NCBI GenBank assembly: GCA_963851045.1
Contig: CAWKNC010000001.1
Location: 55,537-119,536 of the forward strand
Length of the DNA stretch: 64,000 nt
Reading direction: 5' to 3'
Source: an uncultured Solirubrobacterales bacterium
GTDB lineage: Bacteria; Actinomycetota; Thermoleophilia; Solirubrobacterales; 70-9
Part shown: piece after piece, positions 57,073 to 64,000 of the stretch
Position numbering within the stretch: position 1 is the stretch's first letter
Layout of the letters: each line of letters opens with the position of its first letter
Notes under the pieces: generated by a model
Database searches by the model: none
What the model was told of the DNA's origin: nothing
What the model saw: only the letters and a program-made list of their open reading frames with translations
Made by a program: the position numbers and the translations under genes

Positions 57073-57831
57073 GTGACCCTGGCCTTTCTGATCCTGCCGA
57101 TCGTCGCGATCTTCGCGAACACGCCCCCGGGCGATCTCGTCGAGAGCCTCGACAGCGACGTCGCGCGCGACGCGCTCTGGCTGAGCCTGAAGACGAGCGC
57201 CATCGCGATCGCCGTCATCGTGATCGTCGGCACGCCCGCGGCCTACCTGCTCGCGACGCGGGAGTTCCGCGGCAAGGCGCTCGTGACGACGGCGATCGAG
57301 CTGCCGCTGGTGCTGCCGCCCGCCGTCGCGGGGATCGGGCTGCTGGCCGCATTCGGCCCAAGCGGCGTCTTTGGCTCGGCGCTCGACGACGCCGGGATCT
57401 CGCTGGTGTTGCAGACGGCCGGGGTCGTCGTCGCCCTGATCTTCGTCGCGGCACCGTTCTATGTGCGCCAGGCGCAGTCGGCGTTCGCCGCGGTTGACCC
57501 GCACCTCCTCGATGCTGCCCGGACTCTCGGCGCGAGCGAGGCGCGCGCCTTTGCGCGCGTCGCCATCCCCGCTGCGGGCGGTGGCATGCTCGCCGGGCTG
57601 GCGCTCGCCTGGGGGCGGGCGCTCGGCGAGTTCGGCGCCACCCTGATGTTCGCCGGCTCGTTTCAGGGGATCACGCAGACGGCGCCGCTCGCGATCTTCG
57701 CGAGCTTCGCGACCGATTTCCCGGCCGCGCTGGCGCTCTCGGGCGTCCTCGTCGCGGTCTCGGCTGCGCTCCTGTTGTCGGTGAAGCTGCTCGGGCGCTC
57801 GGCGCTGCTTGGCGGCGAGGTGCAGGGATGA
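57073..57831 (+). CDS. modB: molybdate ABC transporter permease
   Basis: Six TM helices, LPLVLPPAVAGIGLL and the EAA-like loop (LDAARTLGASEARAFARVAIP). Confidence 0.9.
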   Translation: MTLAFLILPIVAIFANTPPGDLVESLDSDVARDALWLSLKTSAIAIAVIVIVGTPAAYLLATREFRGKALVTTAIELPLVLPPAVAGIGLLAAFGPSGVFGSALDDAGISLVLQTAGVVVALIFVAAPFYVRQAQSAFAAVDPHLLDAARTLGASEARAFARVAIPAAGGGMLAGLALAWGRALGEFGATLMFAGSFQGITQTAPLAIFASFATDFPAALALSGVLVAVSAALLLSVKLLGRSALLGGEVQG

Positions 57832-58901
57832 GCGCGGCCCTCGAGGCGTCGCTGGAGACCAGGTTGCGCGAGTTCGCCCTTGCGGTCGAGCTGGTGGTCG
57901 AGCCCGGCCGCTGCCTCGCGCTCGTCGGACCGTCGGGCGCCGGCAAGAGCACTGTGCTCAGAGCGATCGCCGGTCTGCATCGCCCGGATCGCGGCCGCGT
58001 TGCGCTCGGATCAACGACGTGGTTCGACCGTGAGGAAGCCGTCGACCTTGTGCCGGAGCGACGCCGCTGCGGCTACCTCTTCCAGGACTACGCCCTGTTC
58101 GCGCACCTGAGCGTGTGGCGCAACGTCGCCTTCGGCCTCGAGAAGCTCCCGCGGGCCGAGCGCCGCGAGCGGGCCCTCACCCTGCTCGATCGCTTCGGCA
58201 TCCGAGACCTGGCCGACGCCTCTGTGCGGCGCCTCTCGGGGGGCGAGCGCCAGCGTGTGGCGCTTGCCAGGGCACTCGCACGCGAACCCGACGTCCTCCT
58301 GCTCGACGAGCCGCTGGCGGCGCTCGACGCCCGAACGGCGGCCAACGCATCGCGCGAGCTCGCGGCGACGATTCAGGCGGCTTCGGCGCCGACCGTGCTG
58401 GTCACGCACGACTTCGCCGAGGCAGCTCTGCTCGCCGACGAGGTCGCCGTGATCGACCGCGGCCGCATCGTCCAGAGCGGGACCCCGGCGCAGCTGAGCT
58501 CGCAACCGAGCTCGGCCTTCGTCGCAAACTTCTCGGGCGCCGCCGTCCTGCTCGGGATAGCCGCGCCGGATGCCGACGGTACGACCAGGGTGTGCCTCGA
58601 CGGAGGCGGCGAGCTGACGAGCACGGATCTCGCCTCCGGTCCCGTCGCCGTCGCCGTCTTTCCGTGGGAGATCGCGCTGGAACCGGCGGGGGCGAGCTCG
58701 AAGGGCTCGGCGCTCAACCGCCTCGAGGTCACGGTCGACTCGGTCACGGAGATCGGCAACCGGGCGCGCATCGGCCTGGCCGCCCCGCAACCGCTTGCCG
58801 CCGAGATCACGAGCCAGTCAGTCCGGCGCCTCGGGCTCGCGCCTGGCGTTGCCGTCACCGCCTCGTTCAAGGCGACGGCGACCCGCCTCGTCGAGCGCTA
58901 G
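57828..58901 (+). CDS. modC: molybdate ABC transporter ATP-binding protein with a C-terminal TOBE domain
   Basis: Walker A GPSGAGKST, signature LSGGERQRVALARAL, Walker B LLLDEP and a TOBE-like C-terminus. ATGA-type overlap with modB. Confidence 0.9.
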   Translation: MSAALEASLETRLREFALAVELVVEPGRCLALVGPSGAGKSTVLRAIAGLHRPDRGRVALGSTTWFDREEAVDLVPERRRCGYLFQDYALFAHLSVWRNVAFGLEKLPRAERRERALTLLDRFGIRDLADASVRRLSGGERQRVALARALAREPDVLLLDEPLAALDARTAANASRELAATIQAASAPTVLVTHDFAEAALLADEVAVIDRGRIVQSGTPAQLSSQPSSAFVANFSGAAVLLGIAAPDADGTTRVCLDGGGELTSTDLASGPVAVAVFPWEIALEPAGASSKGSALNRLEVTVDSVTEIGNRARIGLAAPQPLAAEITSQSVRRLGLAPGVAVTASFKATATRLVER

Positions 58902-59239
58902 TCGATCCGAAAGCCCTTGAGCAGGGTCTCGTGAACGGTCCAGATCGTCTCCGTCCCGTCGACAAGCGTGCAGACGTCACCGGCTCCGACCTCGACCTTG
59001 CCACCGTCCCACTCGATCGTCGCGCGTCCCTCGATGACGACGAACGTCTCCGCGGCCTCAACGTCACGAAACGTTCCCGGTGTGCAGCGCCAGACCCCGC
59101 TCTCGCCGCCCGCTGGCGTCGTCGCCAGAACCGCGGCCGACGTCTGCGGATCCCCGGCGATCACCTGCTCGGGGTCGAGCGGGTCGGGCTCCAGCTTCGC
59201 GTTGACGGCAGCGACAACCGCCACGGGCGGCTCAGCCAC
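58898..59239 (-). CDS. small cupin-domain protein (cupin_3 / DUF861-like)
   Basis: 113 aa with the pattern ..GVWRCTPGTF......ETFVVIEGRATIE..GG..VEVGAGDV. Overlaps the aminotransferase stop by 8 nt. Confidence 0.7.
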   Translation of the reverse strand: MAEPPVAVVAAVNAKLEPDPLDPEQVIAGDPQTSAAVLATTPAGGESGVWRCTPGTFRDVEAAETFVVIEGRATIEWDGGKVEVGAGDVCTLVDGTETIWTVHETLLKGFRID

Positions 59240-60587
59240 CGGTGAGCTCGGCGGTCGCCTCCTCGAAGGCAGCGCGATGTTGGTCGACCTGCTCAGCCGT
59301 GGTTGCCGGCGACATCAGGGCCATCATGTGAAAGGGCGTCAGCAGGATCCCGCGGTTGAGCATGTAGAGGTGGAGCAGCGAGTCGAGCTCTTCGTCCATG
59401 GCGGCCGCCGCCTCGGCACCCGTGTGCGGCGGATCGGCGGCGAACATGTACTCGGCGCGGCACCCGAGCCGGGTGATCGACCAGGGCAGCGCCCGCGCCG
59501 CGATCGTCTCGGCGACGCCGGTTTCGAAGCGTTCGGCAAGCTCAATCATGTGGGCGAACGCGTCATCGGTGAGGACCTCGCCTAGTGTCGCGCGCACGGC
59601 GGCGAGTGACAGCGCGTTGCCGGCGAGGGTGCCGCCGACGCCCCCGACATCCGCCTCGCGCCAGAAGGTGTGGTCGACGACCTGTTCGGCAACCTCGGCG
59701 CTCATCCCGTACGCGCCCGTCGGAATCCCGCCCCCGATCGGCTTGCCGATCGTGAGGAAGTCGGGGTCGAGGTCGTGGGCGCGGGTGTAGCCGCCAGGGC
59801 CGCAGCAGAGCGTGTGCGTCTCGTCGATCACCAGAAGCGCCCCGGCCGCGCGGGTGAGCTCGCGTACGGCCTCGTGGTAGCCGTCGTCGGCAAGGACGAT
59901 GCCGATGTTGGTGAGCGCGGGCTCGATCAGCACACAGGCGACGTCCCCGTGGGCAAGCTCGCGCTCGAGCCCCTCGACGTCGTTGATCTCGACGATCCTG
60001 GTTGTATCGGCGACGTCGGGTCCGGGGCCGACGCTGCCCTCGCGTGGTCGCACCTCGCCGTCGATCAGGTTCGCCACGGTCTCATCGACGCTGCCGTGGT
60101 AGCAGTGGTTGTGGATGATGATCTTCGAGCGCTCGGTGATCTGGCGGGCGATCCGGATCACGAAACGATTGGCGTCGGTCGCCGAGAGCGTGAACTGCCA
60201 GTCGCGCAGACCGAAGCGCCGCTGCATCTCCTCGCCGACCGCGAGCGCGTCCTCGGTCGGAAGCATCGAGGTGATCCCGCGATCGAGTCGCTCCTTGACC
60301 GCGGCTACGGTCGCCGGCGGCGCGTGGCCAGTCATCGCGCCGGTATCACCGAGACATAGGTCGGCGTAGACGTTGCCGTCCACGTCTCGCAGCTCGGCCC
60401 CTTGAGCCGATTCCATGAACACGGGAAAGTCCCCTGGCCAGCGGGTCATCCAGTTCATCGGCACTCCCGAGAGCAGCGACTCCTTGCCGCGCTCGTGCAG
60501 CTCGCGCGAGCGCGGGTGCTCGTCGGCGAACCTGGCGCGCTCGCGCGCGAACAGGTCCGCGATCAGTTCACGCGGGATTTCGTCCAT
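59232..60587 (-). CDS. class III pyridoxal-phosphate aminotransferase (glutamate-1-semialdehyde aminomutase-like)
   Basis: 451 aa. GDTGAMTGH, DETH and LTIGKPIGGGIP (PLP-Lys context) are typical of the class. Confidence 0.85.
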   Translation of the reverse strand: MDEIPRELIADLFARERARFADEHPRSRELHERGKESLLSGVPMNWMTRWPGDFPVFMESAQGAELRDVDGNVYADLCLGDTGAMTGHAPPATVAAVKERLDRGITSMLPTEDALAVGEEMQRRFGLRDWQFTLSATDANRFVIRIARQITERSKIIIHNHCYHGSVDETVANLIDGEVRPREGSVGPGPDVADTTRIVEINDVEGLERELAHGDVACVLIEPALTNIGIVLADDGYHEAVRELTRAAGALLVIDETHTLCCGPGGYTRAHDLDPDFLTIGKPIGGGIPTGAYGMSAEVAEQVVDHTFWREADVGGVGGTLAGNALSLAAVRATLGEVLTDDAFAHMIELAERFETGVAETIAARALPWSITRLGCRAEYMFAADPPHTGAEAAAAMDEELDSLLHLYMLNRGILLTPFHMMALMSPATTAEQVDQHRAAFEEATAELTGG

Positions 60588-60608
60588 TGCAATGTGGAAG
60601 CATGCCGC

Positions 60609-61970
60609 ATGAGGCTATTGCCGATCGAGATAGCGACCCTGGCCGAGCACGGCCTACGCAAGCAGCGCCACCAGGCGCTGCAAATCGCCGCGGCCGGGCT
60701 CGCCGCATGCAACGTCTCTGACGCCACACATCGCGCCGTCACCCTCGAGGGCGACGACCTGACGGTTGACGGTGTGCGCCACCGCCTCGACCCCGCCGGG
60801 CGCCTGCTGGTGATCGGGGCTGGCAAGGCGTCGCTGGAGATAGCGAGTGCGCTCGAGCAGATCCTGGGGGACCGCATCGCCGGCGGCGCGATTGCCGTCC
60901 GCGCGGGGACCGAGCGCGAGCTCGCGCGGATCGAGGTCCTCGGCGCGGACCATCCGCTGCCCAGTCGCGCGAGCGAGGACGCGGCACGACGGCTGCTCGA
61001 GATCGCGACCAGTGCGGATGAGCGCGATGTGGTGCTGGCCTGCTTCACGGGCGGTAGCTCAGCCCTCGCCTGCCTTCCGCCGGTGGGCGTCAGCGGTGAG
61101 GAGAAGCGCGCGCTGCACGAATTGCTCCTCGCATCCGGCATCGGAATCGTGGAGGTCAACACGGTGCGCAAGCACGTGTCGGCCTTCAAGGGCGGACGTT
61201 TGGCTAAGGCTGCGGAGCCCGCACAGCTAATTAACGTGACCGTCTCTGACGTTGCGGGCGATCACCTCGACACGCTCACCGACCCAAGCGTTCAGGACAC
61301 GACCAGCGCCCGCGACGCGGTGGCCGTTCTACAGGCTCACGGACTATGGGACGGAGTACCGGCGTCGGTGCGTGCCCACCTTGCAGGCCCCCAGGCCGAA
61401 TCTCCGATCCTGAATGCCGAACGGATCCAGACCGTTCTGCTGGTCACCGGAAAGAGCGCGTGCGAAGCGATGTCCACGGCCGCTTCTGAGTTGGGACTGG
61501 CTCCCGTCATCGTCTCGACGACGCTGGAGGGCGAGGCGCGCCAGATCGGAAGGACGCTCGCCAACCTCGCGTGCCACAGCGCCTTTGAGGGCTCGCCGTT
61601 TGCCCCTGGGACCGTGCTGCTCGGATGCGGCGGGGAGAGCACCGTGACACTTGCGCCAGGCGCAGTCTTCGGTTCCGGCGGACCGAACCAGGAGGCGGCG
61701 CTCGCCGCAGCGCTGGAGCTCGACGACGCCGCGGTCGCGGCGATCTTTCTCGACACCGACGGCTCAGACGGCGGCACCGAGCACGCCGGCGCGATCGCCG
61801 ACGGCCAGACCGTCAAGCGCGCCGCGGAGGCGGGACTCGACCTTCGCGCCGCTCTGCTCGAACATCGGTCGTCTGCGGCCCTGGCAGCGCTCGACGATCT
61901 CGTCATGACCGGACCGACCGGAACCAACGTCAACGATCTGTTCGCGATCGTGATTGGAGAGGCGGCGTGA
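60609..61970 (+). CDS. glycerate 2-kinase / hydroxypyruvate reductase-type protein (DUF4147 plus MOFRL)
   Basis: LLVIGAGKAS, GADHPLPS, CFTGGSSAL, VRKHVSAFKGGRLA, GGESTVT, TDGSDGGTE and TGTNVNDL match the family as I recall it. ATG 60609 is chosen (GTG 60594 is the alternative). Confidence 0.8.
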   Translation: MRLLPIEIATLAEHGLRKQRHQALQIAAAGLAACNVSDATHRAVTLEGDDLTVDGVRHRLDPAGRLLVIGAGKASLEIASALEQILGDRIAGGAIAVRAGTERELARIEVLGADHPLPSRASEDAARRLLEIATSADERDVVLACFTGGSSALACLPPVGVSGEEKRALHELLLASGIGIVEVNTVRKHVSAFKGGRLAKAAEPAQLINVTVSDVAGDHLDTLTDPSVQDTTSARDAVAVLQAHGLWDGVPASVRAHLAGPQAESPILNAERIQTVLLVTGKSACEAMSTAASELGLAPVIVSTTLEGEARQIGRTLANLACHSAFEGSPFAPGTVLLGCGGESTVTLAPGAVFGSGGPNQEAALAAALELDDAAVAAIFLDTDGSDGGTEHAGAIADGQTVKRAAEAGLDLRAALLEHRSSAALAALDDLVMTGPTGTNVNDLFAIVIGEAA

Positions 61971-61983
61971 TACTCATAGGGGC

Positions 61984-62388
61984 GTGAGCGAGAACCTCGA
62001 GCGCTATCGCGACGCCCTCGACGCCTGGAACCGGCGCGACCTCGTCTGGATCCTCGAACAGGCGGCGCCCGACCTCGAGTTCAACACCGCGCAGATCTTT
62101 CCTGGGATCGAGCCCGTCTACCACGGGCGCGAGGGGATGGTCGAGTTCTGGACGACGTTCATCGAGGAGCCGTGGGCGCTGTTTCGCCTCGACGTCGATG
62201 AGCTCGAGGCGGTCGGCGACGATCGCGTCCTCGCGCTGATCACCTTCCACGGAACCGAGCGCGACACCGGTGAGGAGGTCGAGCGCTCCTACGCCCACCT
62301 CGCGACATTTCGCGGCGAAGAGGTGACCCGCATCGACGCGTTCGGCGATTGGGGCGAAGCGCGCAAGGCCGCCGGCCTCGGCGACTGA
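61984..62388 (+). CDS. SnoaL/NTF2-like fold protein
   Basis: 134 aa. The N-terminal ENLERYRDALDAWNRRD pattern and size fit ketosteroid-isomerase-like proteins. GTG 61984 avoids overlap with the upstream gene. Confidence 0.6.
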   Translation: MSENLERYRDALDAWNRRDLVWILEQAAPDLEFNTAQIFPGIEPVYHGREGMVEFWTTFIEEPWALFRLDVDELEAVGDDRVLALITFHGTERDTGEEVERSYAHLATFRGEEVTRIDAFGDWGEARKAAGLGD

Positions 62389-62392
62389 GACG

Positions 62393-62752
62393 GTGCTTCA
62401 ACACGTCTCGATCGAGGTCGATCCCGCGGCGGTCGAAGATGCCGTGGCGTTCTGGAAGCTGGTCGGCTTTGCCGAGGTCGATTCGCCGGAGCCGCTCGGC
62501 GGCTATGTCACCTGGCTCGAGCGCCAGGGAACCCAGATCCATCTGATCCATACCGAGGCGGCCAGCGTGCCGGTGCTCGGCCACGCCGCGGTCGTGGTCG
62601 ACGATCACGCCGCAACGGTCGCGACCCTGCGCGAGGCCGGCCATCAGGTCGAGGACGCCCGCGACCTCTGGGGTGCACCCCGCGCCTTCGCCATCGGCCC
62701 GGGCGGTCACCGCGTCGAGCTCATGGGCTCCCCACCGCCGACCTCGAAATGA
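62393..62752 (+). CDS. glyoxalase/VOC-family protein
   Basis: 119 aa. LQHVSIEV...HLIH...GHAAVVVDD...GGHRVELM fits the paired beta-alpha-beta-beta-beta metal-binding pattern. Confidence 0.75.
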   Translation: MLQHVSIEVDPAAVEDAVAFWKLVGFAEVDSPEPLGGYVTWLERQGTQIHLIHTEAASVPVLGHAAVVVDDHAATVATLREAGHQVEDARDLWGAPRAFAIGPGGHRVELMGSPPPTSK

Positions 62753-62783
62753 GTCGCCGCCGCACTCACTACGATCGACCGCC

Positions 62784-64000
62784 GTGCGCTACCCGGTAGA
62801 GACCTTCACAGCGGCCGAGCAGGAGCTCCTGCGGCCCCATTTCACGAACCTCGACCGTCCCGTTTTCGGACTCGTGAATCTCCCGGAGACGGTCAAGGGA
62901 GCGCTCTTTGCCCGCTATTCGCGCTACCCGGGCACGCTGCGCCGCCTCTACTGCGAAGAGTTCGCTTCAGATCAGCCCGCCGGGGGACGCCCGTTCGACG
63001 GTGAAGAGGGTGAGCGCGCTGCCGGGCTCTACGAGCGCGTTTTCATCGGCTACGGCGACGACTCGATCGCCCAGGTGGGCGGTGCGCACGTCGGCTGCGA
63101 GTGGGTTTCAAACGTGCTCACCAAGATCCTTCAGCGCGGCCGACTCGCCGCGTATCTCGAGCAGTCGACCCGCTATATCCCCTACGACCAGCCGGTCGAG
63201 GGAGTGGGCGGCTACCGCTACTACTCCGACGACGACCTCGGCCCGGCCTACGGCGAGACGATGGACGAGATCTTCTCGATCTACTCGCGCGGGCTGGTCG
63301 ACGTTCAGGAGTGGGCCGCCGAGCGCTGGCCTCGCGACGACTCACAGCCCGAGGGAGCCTGGCGCAGCTCGATCCGGGCCAAGGCGCTCGATCTGCTGCG
63401 CGGGCTGCTGCCGGCCTCGACGCTCAGCCACGTCGGCATCTACGCGTCGGGTCAGGCCTACGAGCAGCTGCTGCTGCGCCTTGCCGCCTCGCCGCTTCCG
63501 GAGGCGCGCAACTACGGCGAGATGCTGCTCGCCGAGCTTCAGCATGTGATCCCGAGCTTCGTCGCCCGCGTTGATCGCCCGGATCGCGGCGGCGACTGGG
63601 TCGAGCACCTGCGCGAGCGCCGCGAGGCGACCGAGCAGGCCGTCGCTCGCCTCGGACTCGATCGCCGCGAGGGCGAGCCAATCCCGTCGGTGGAGCTCAC
63701 CCACGTCGACGGCACCGAGGACGATCTGCTCGCCGCGTCGCTGTATGAGTCATCGGGCGCGCCCGAGAATGAGATTCGCCGCCGTCTTGGGGCGCTCGAC
63801 CCGATCGAGCGCGCGGAGCTGATCGGCGAGCTCGCCGGCGAGCGCCGCAACCGTCGCCACCGTCCCGGCCGCGGCTGGGAAGCGGTGCGCTACCGCTTCG
63901 AGATCGTCTCCGACTACGGCGGCTTTCGCGACCTTCAGCGACACCGGATGCTGACCTGTCAGTGGCAGCGGCTCGGCCCCGACCTGGGGGCGGGCGTTCC
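62784..64000 (+). CDS. thyX: FAD-dependent thymidylate synthase, long two-domain form, 3' end outside the window
   Basis: This frame is not in the supplied ORF track because it has no stop before the window end. My translation from GTG 62784 gives ..VKGALFARYSRYPG.. and later ..FEIVSDYGGFRDLQRHRMLT.. (ThyX RHR motif at about residue 386). Confidence 0.8.
   Translation, partial: MRYPVETFTAAEQELLRPHFTNLDRPVFGLVNLPETVKGALFARYSRYPGTLRRLYCEEFASDQPAGGRPFDGEEGERAAGLYERVFIGYGDDSIAQVGGAHVGCEWVSNVLTKILQRGRLAAYLEQSTRYIPYDQPVEGVGGYRYYSDDDLGPAYGETMDEIFSIYSRGLVDVQEWAAERWPRDDSQPEGAWRSSIRAKALDLLRGLLPASTLSHVGIYASGQAYEQLLLRLAASPLPEARNYGEMLLAELQHVIPSFVARVDRPDRGGDWVEHLRERREATEQAVARLGLDRREGEPIPSVELTHVDGTEDDLLAASLYESSGAPENEIRRRLGALDPIERAELIGELAGERRNRRHRPGRGWEAVRYRFEIVSDYGGFRDLQRHRMLTCQWQRLGPDLGAGV

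Noticed and set aside
57023-57076. A mini-ORF, MRSRGPFALGLVRRARA, ends on the modB GTG. It could be a frameshifted modB N-terminus.
   Set aside because: modB starting at GTG 57073 already contains the conserved core, and E. coli-type ModB needs no extra N-terminal helix. The evidence is insufficient to call a seventh frame break.

Overview
Very GC-rich, densely packed chromosomal segment of actinobacterial type. The taxon call is inference from gene order such as topA-tmk-holB, the nuoA-N operon, frequent GTG/TTG starts and 4-nt start/stop overlaps. No rRNA, tRNA, CRISPR array, transposase, integrase or phage gene was found. Gene order, left to right: aquaporin fragment; OmpR-type two-component pair; holB-tmk-topA; siroheme-type dehydrogenase; aldo/keto reductase; PAQR/hemolysin-III protein; nrdR-nrdJ. 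Next comes a ~10.6 kb stress-type island with four tandem-USP proteins, a CBS protein, a GAF-GAF histidine kinase, a NarL-type regulator, an SQR/NDH-2-like flavoprotein, a ZIP transporter and VKOR-DsbA. It is followed by small redox genes (NmrA-like, SDR, Ohr), a YcaQ-like gene, lon, two secreted proteins, a sigma-70 factor, an orphan protein, a thioesterase, msrB, serS, a cytochrome c lipoprotein and a flavin reductase. Then come a complete nuoA-N operon, a beta-helix protein, an HTH-TOBE regulator with modABC, a cupin/aminotransferase/glycerate-kinase group and a 3'-truncated long-form thyX. I do not see a clear-cut novel multi-gene system such as a defence or biosynthetic cluster. The most unusual items are: (1) a LEA-group-3-like 11-residue repeat array fused to a PAQR membrane protein; (2) a PhnB/VOC-like gene between nuoI and nuoJ; (3) a USP gene translationally coupled to VKOR-DsbA inside a DevS/DevR-like island, with a shared GTAG-YGA-CTAC palindrome at two promoters; (4) a 388-aa orphan protein with an RDGRGG repeat tail; (5) a C-rich, hairpin-forming intergenic region upstream of the sigma gene; (6) a type IA topoisomerase at the topA locus with topo-III/archaeal-like signatures. 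Six single-nucleotide frame breaks hit five genes (holB, AKR twice, ycaQ-like, Vgb-like, modA), so either the consensus quality is limited or pseudogenes are accumulating. All calls rest on reading the translations and DNA by eye. No database search was run.
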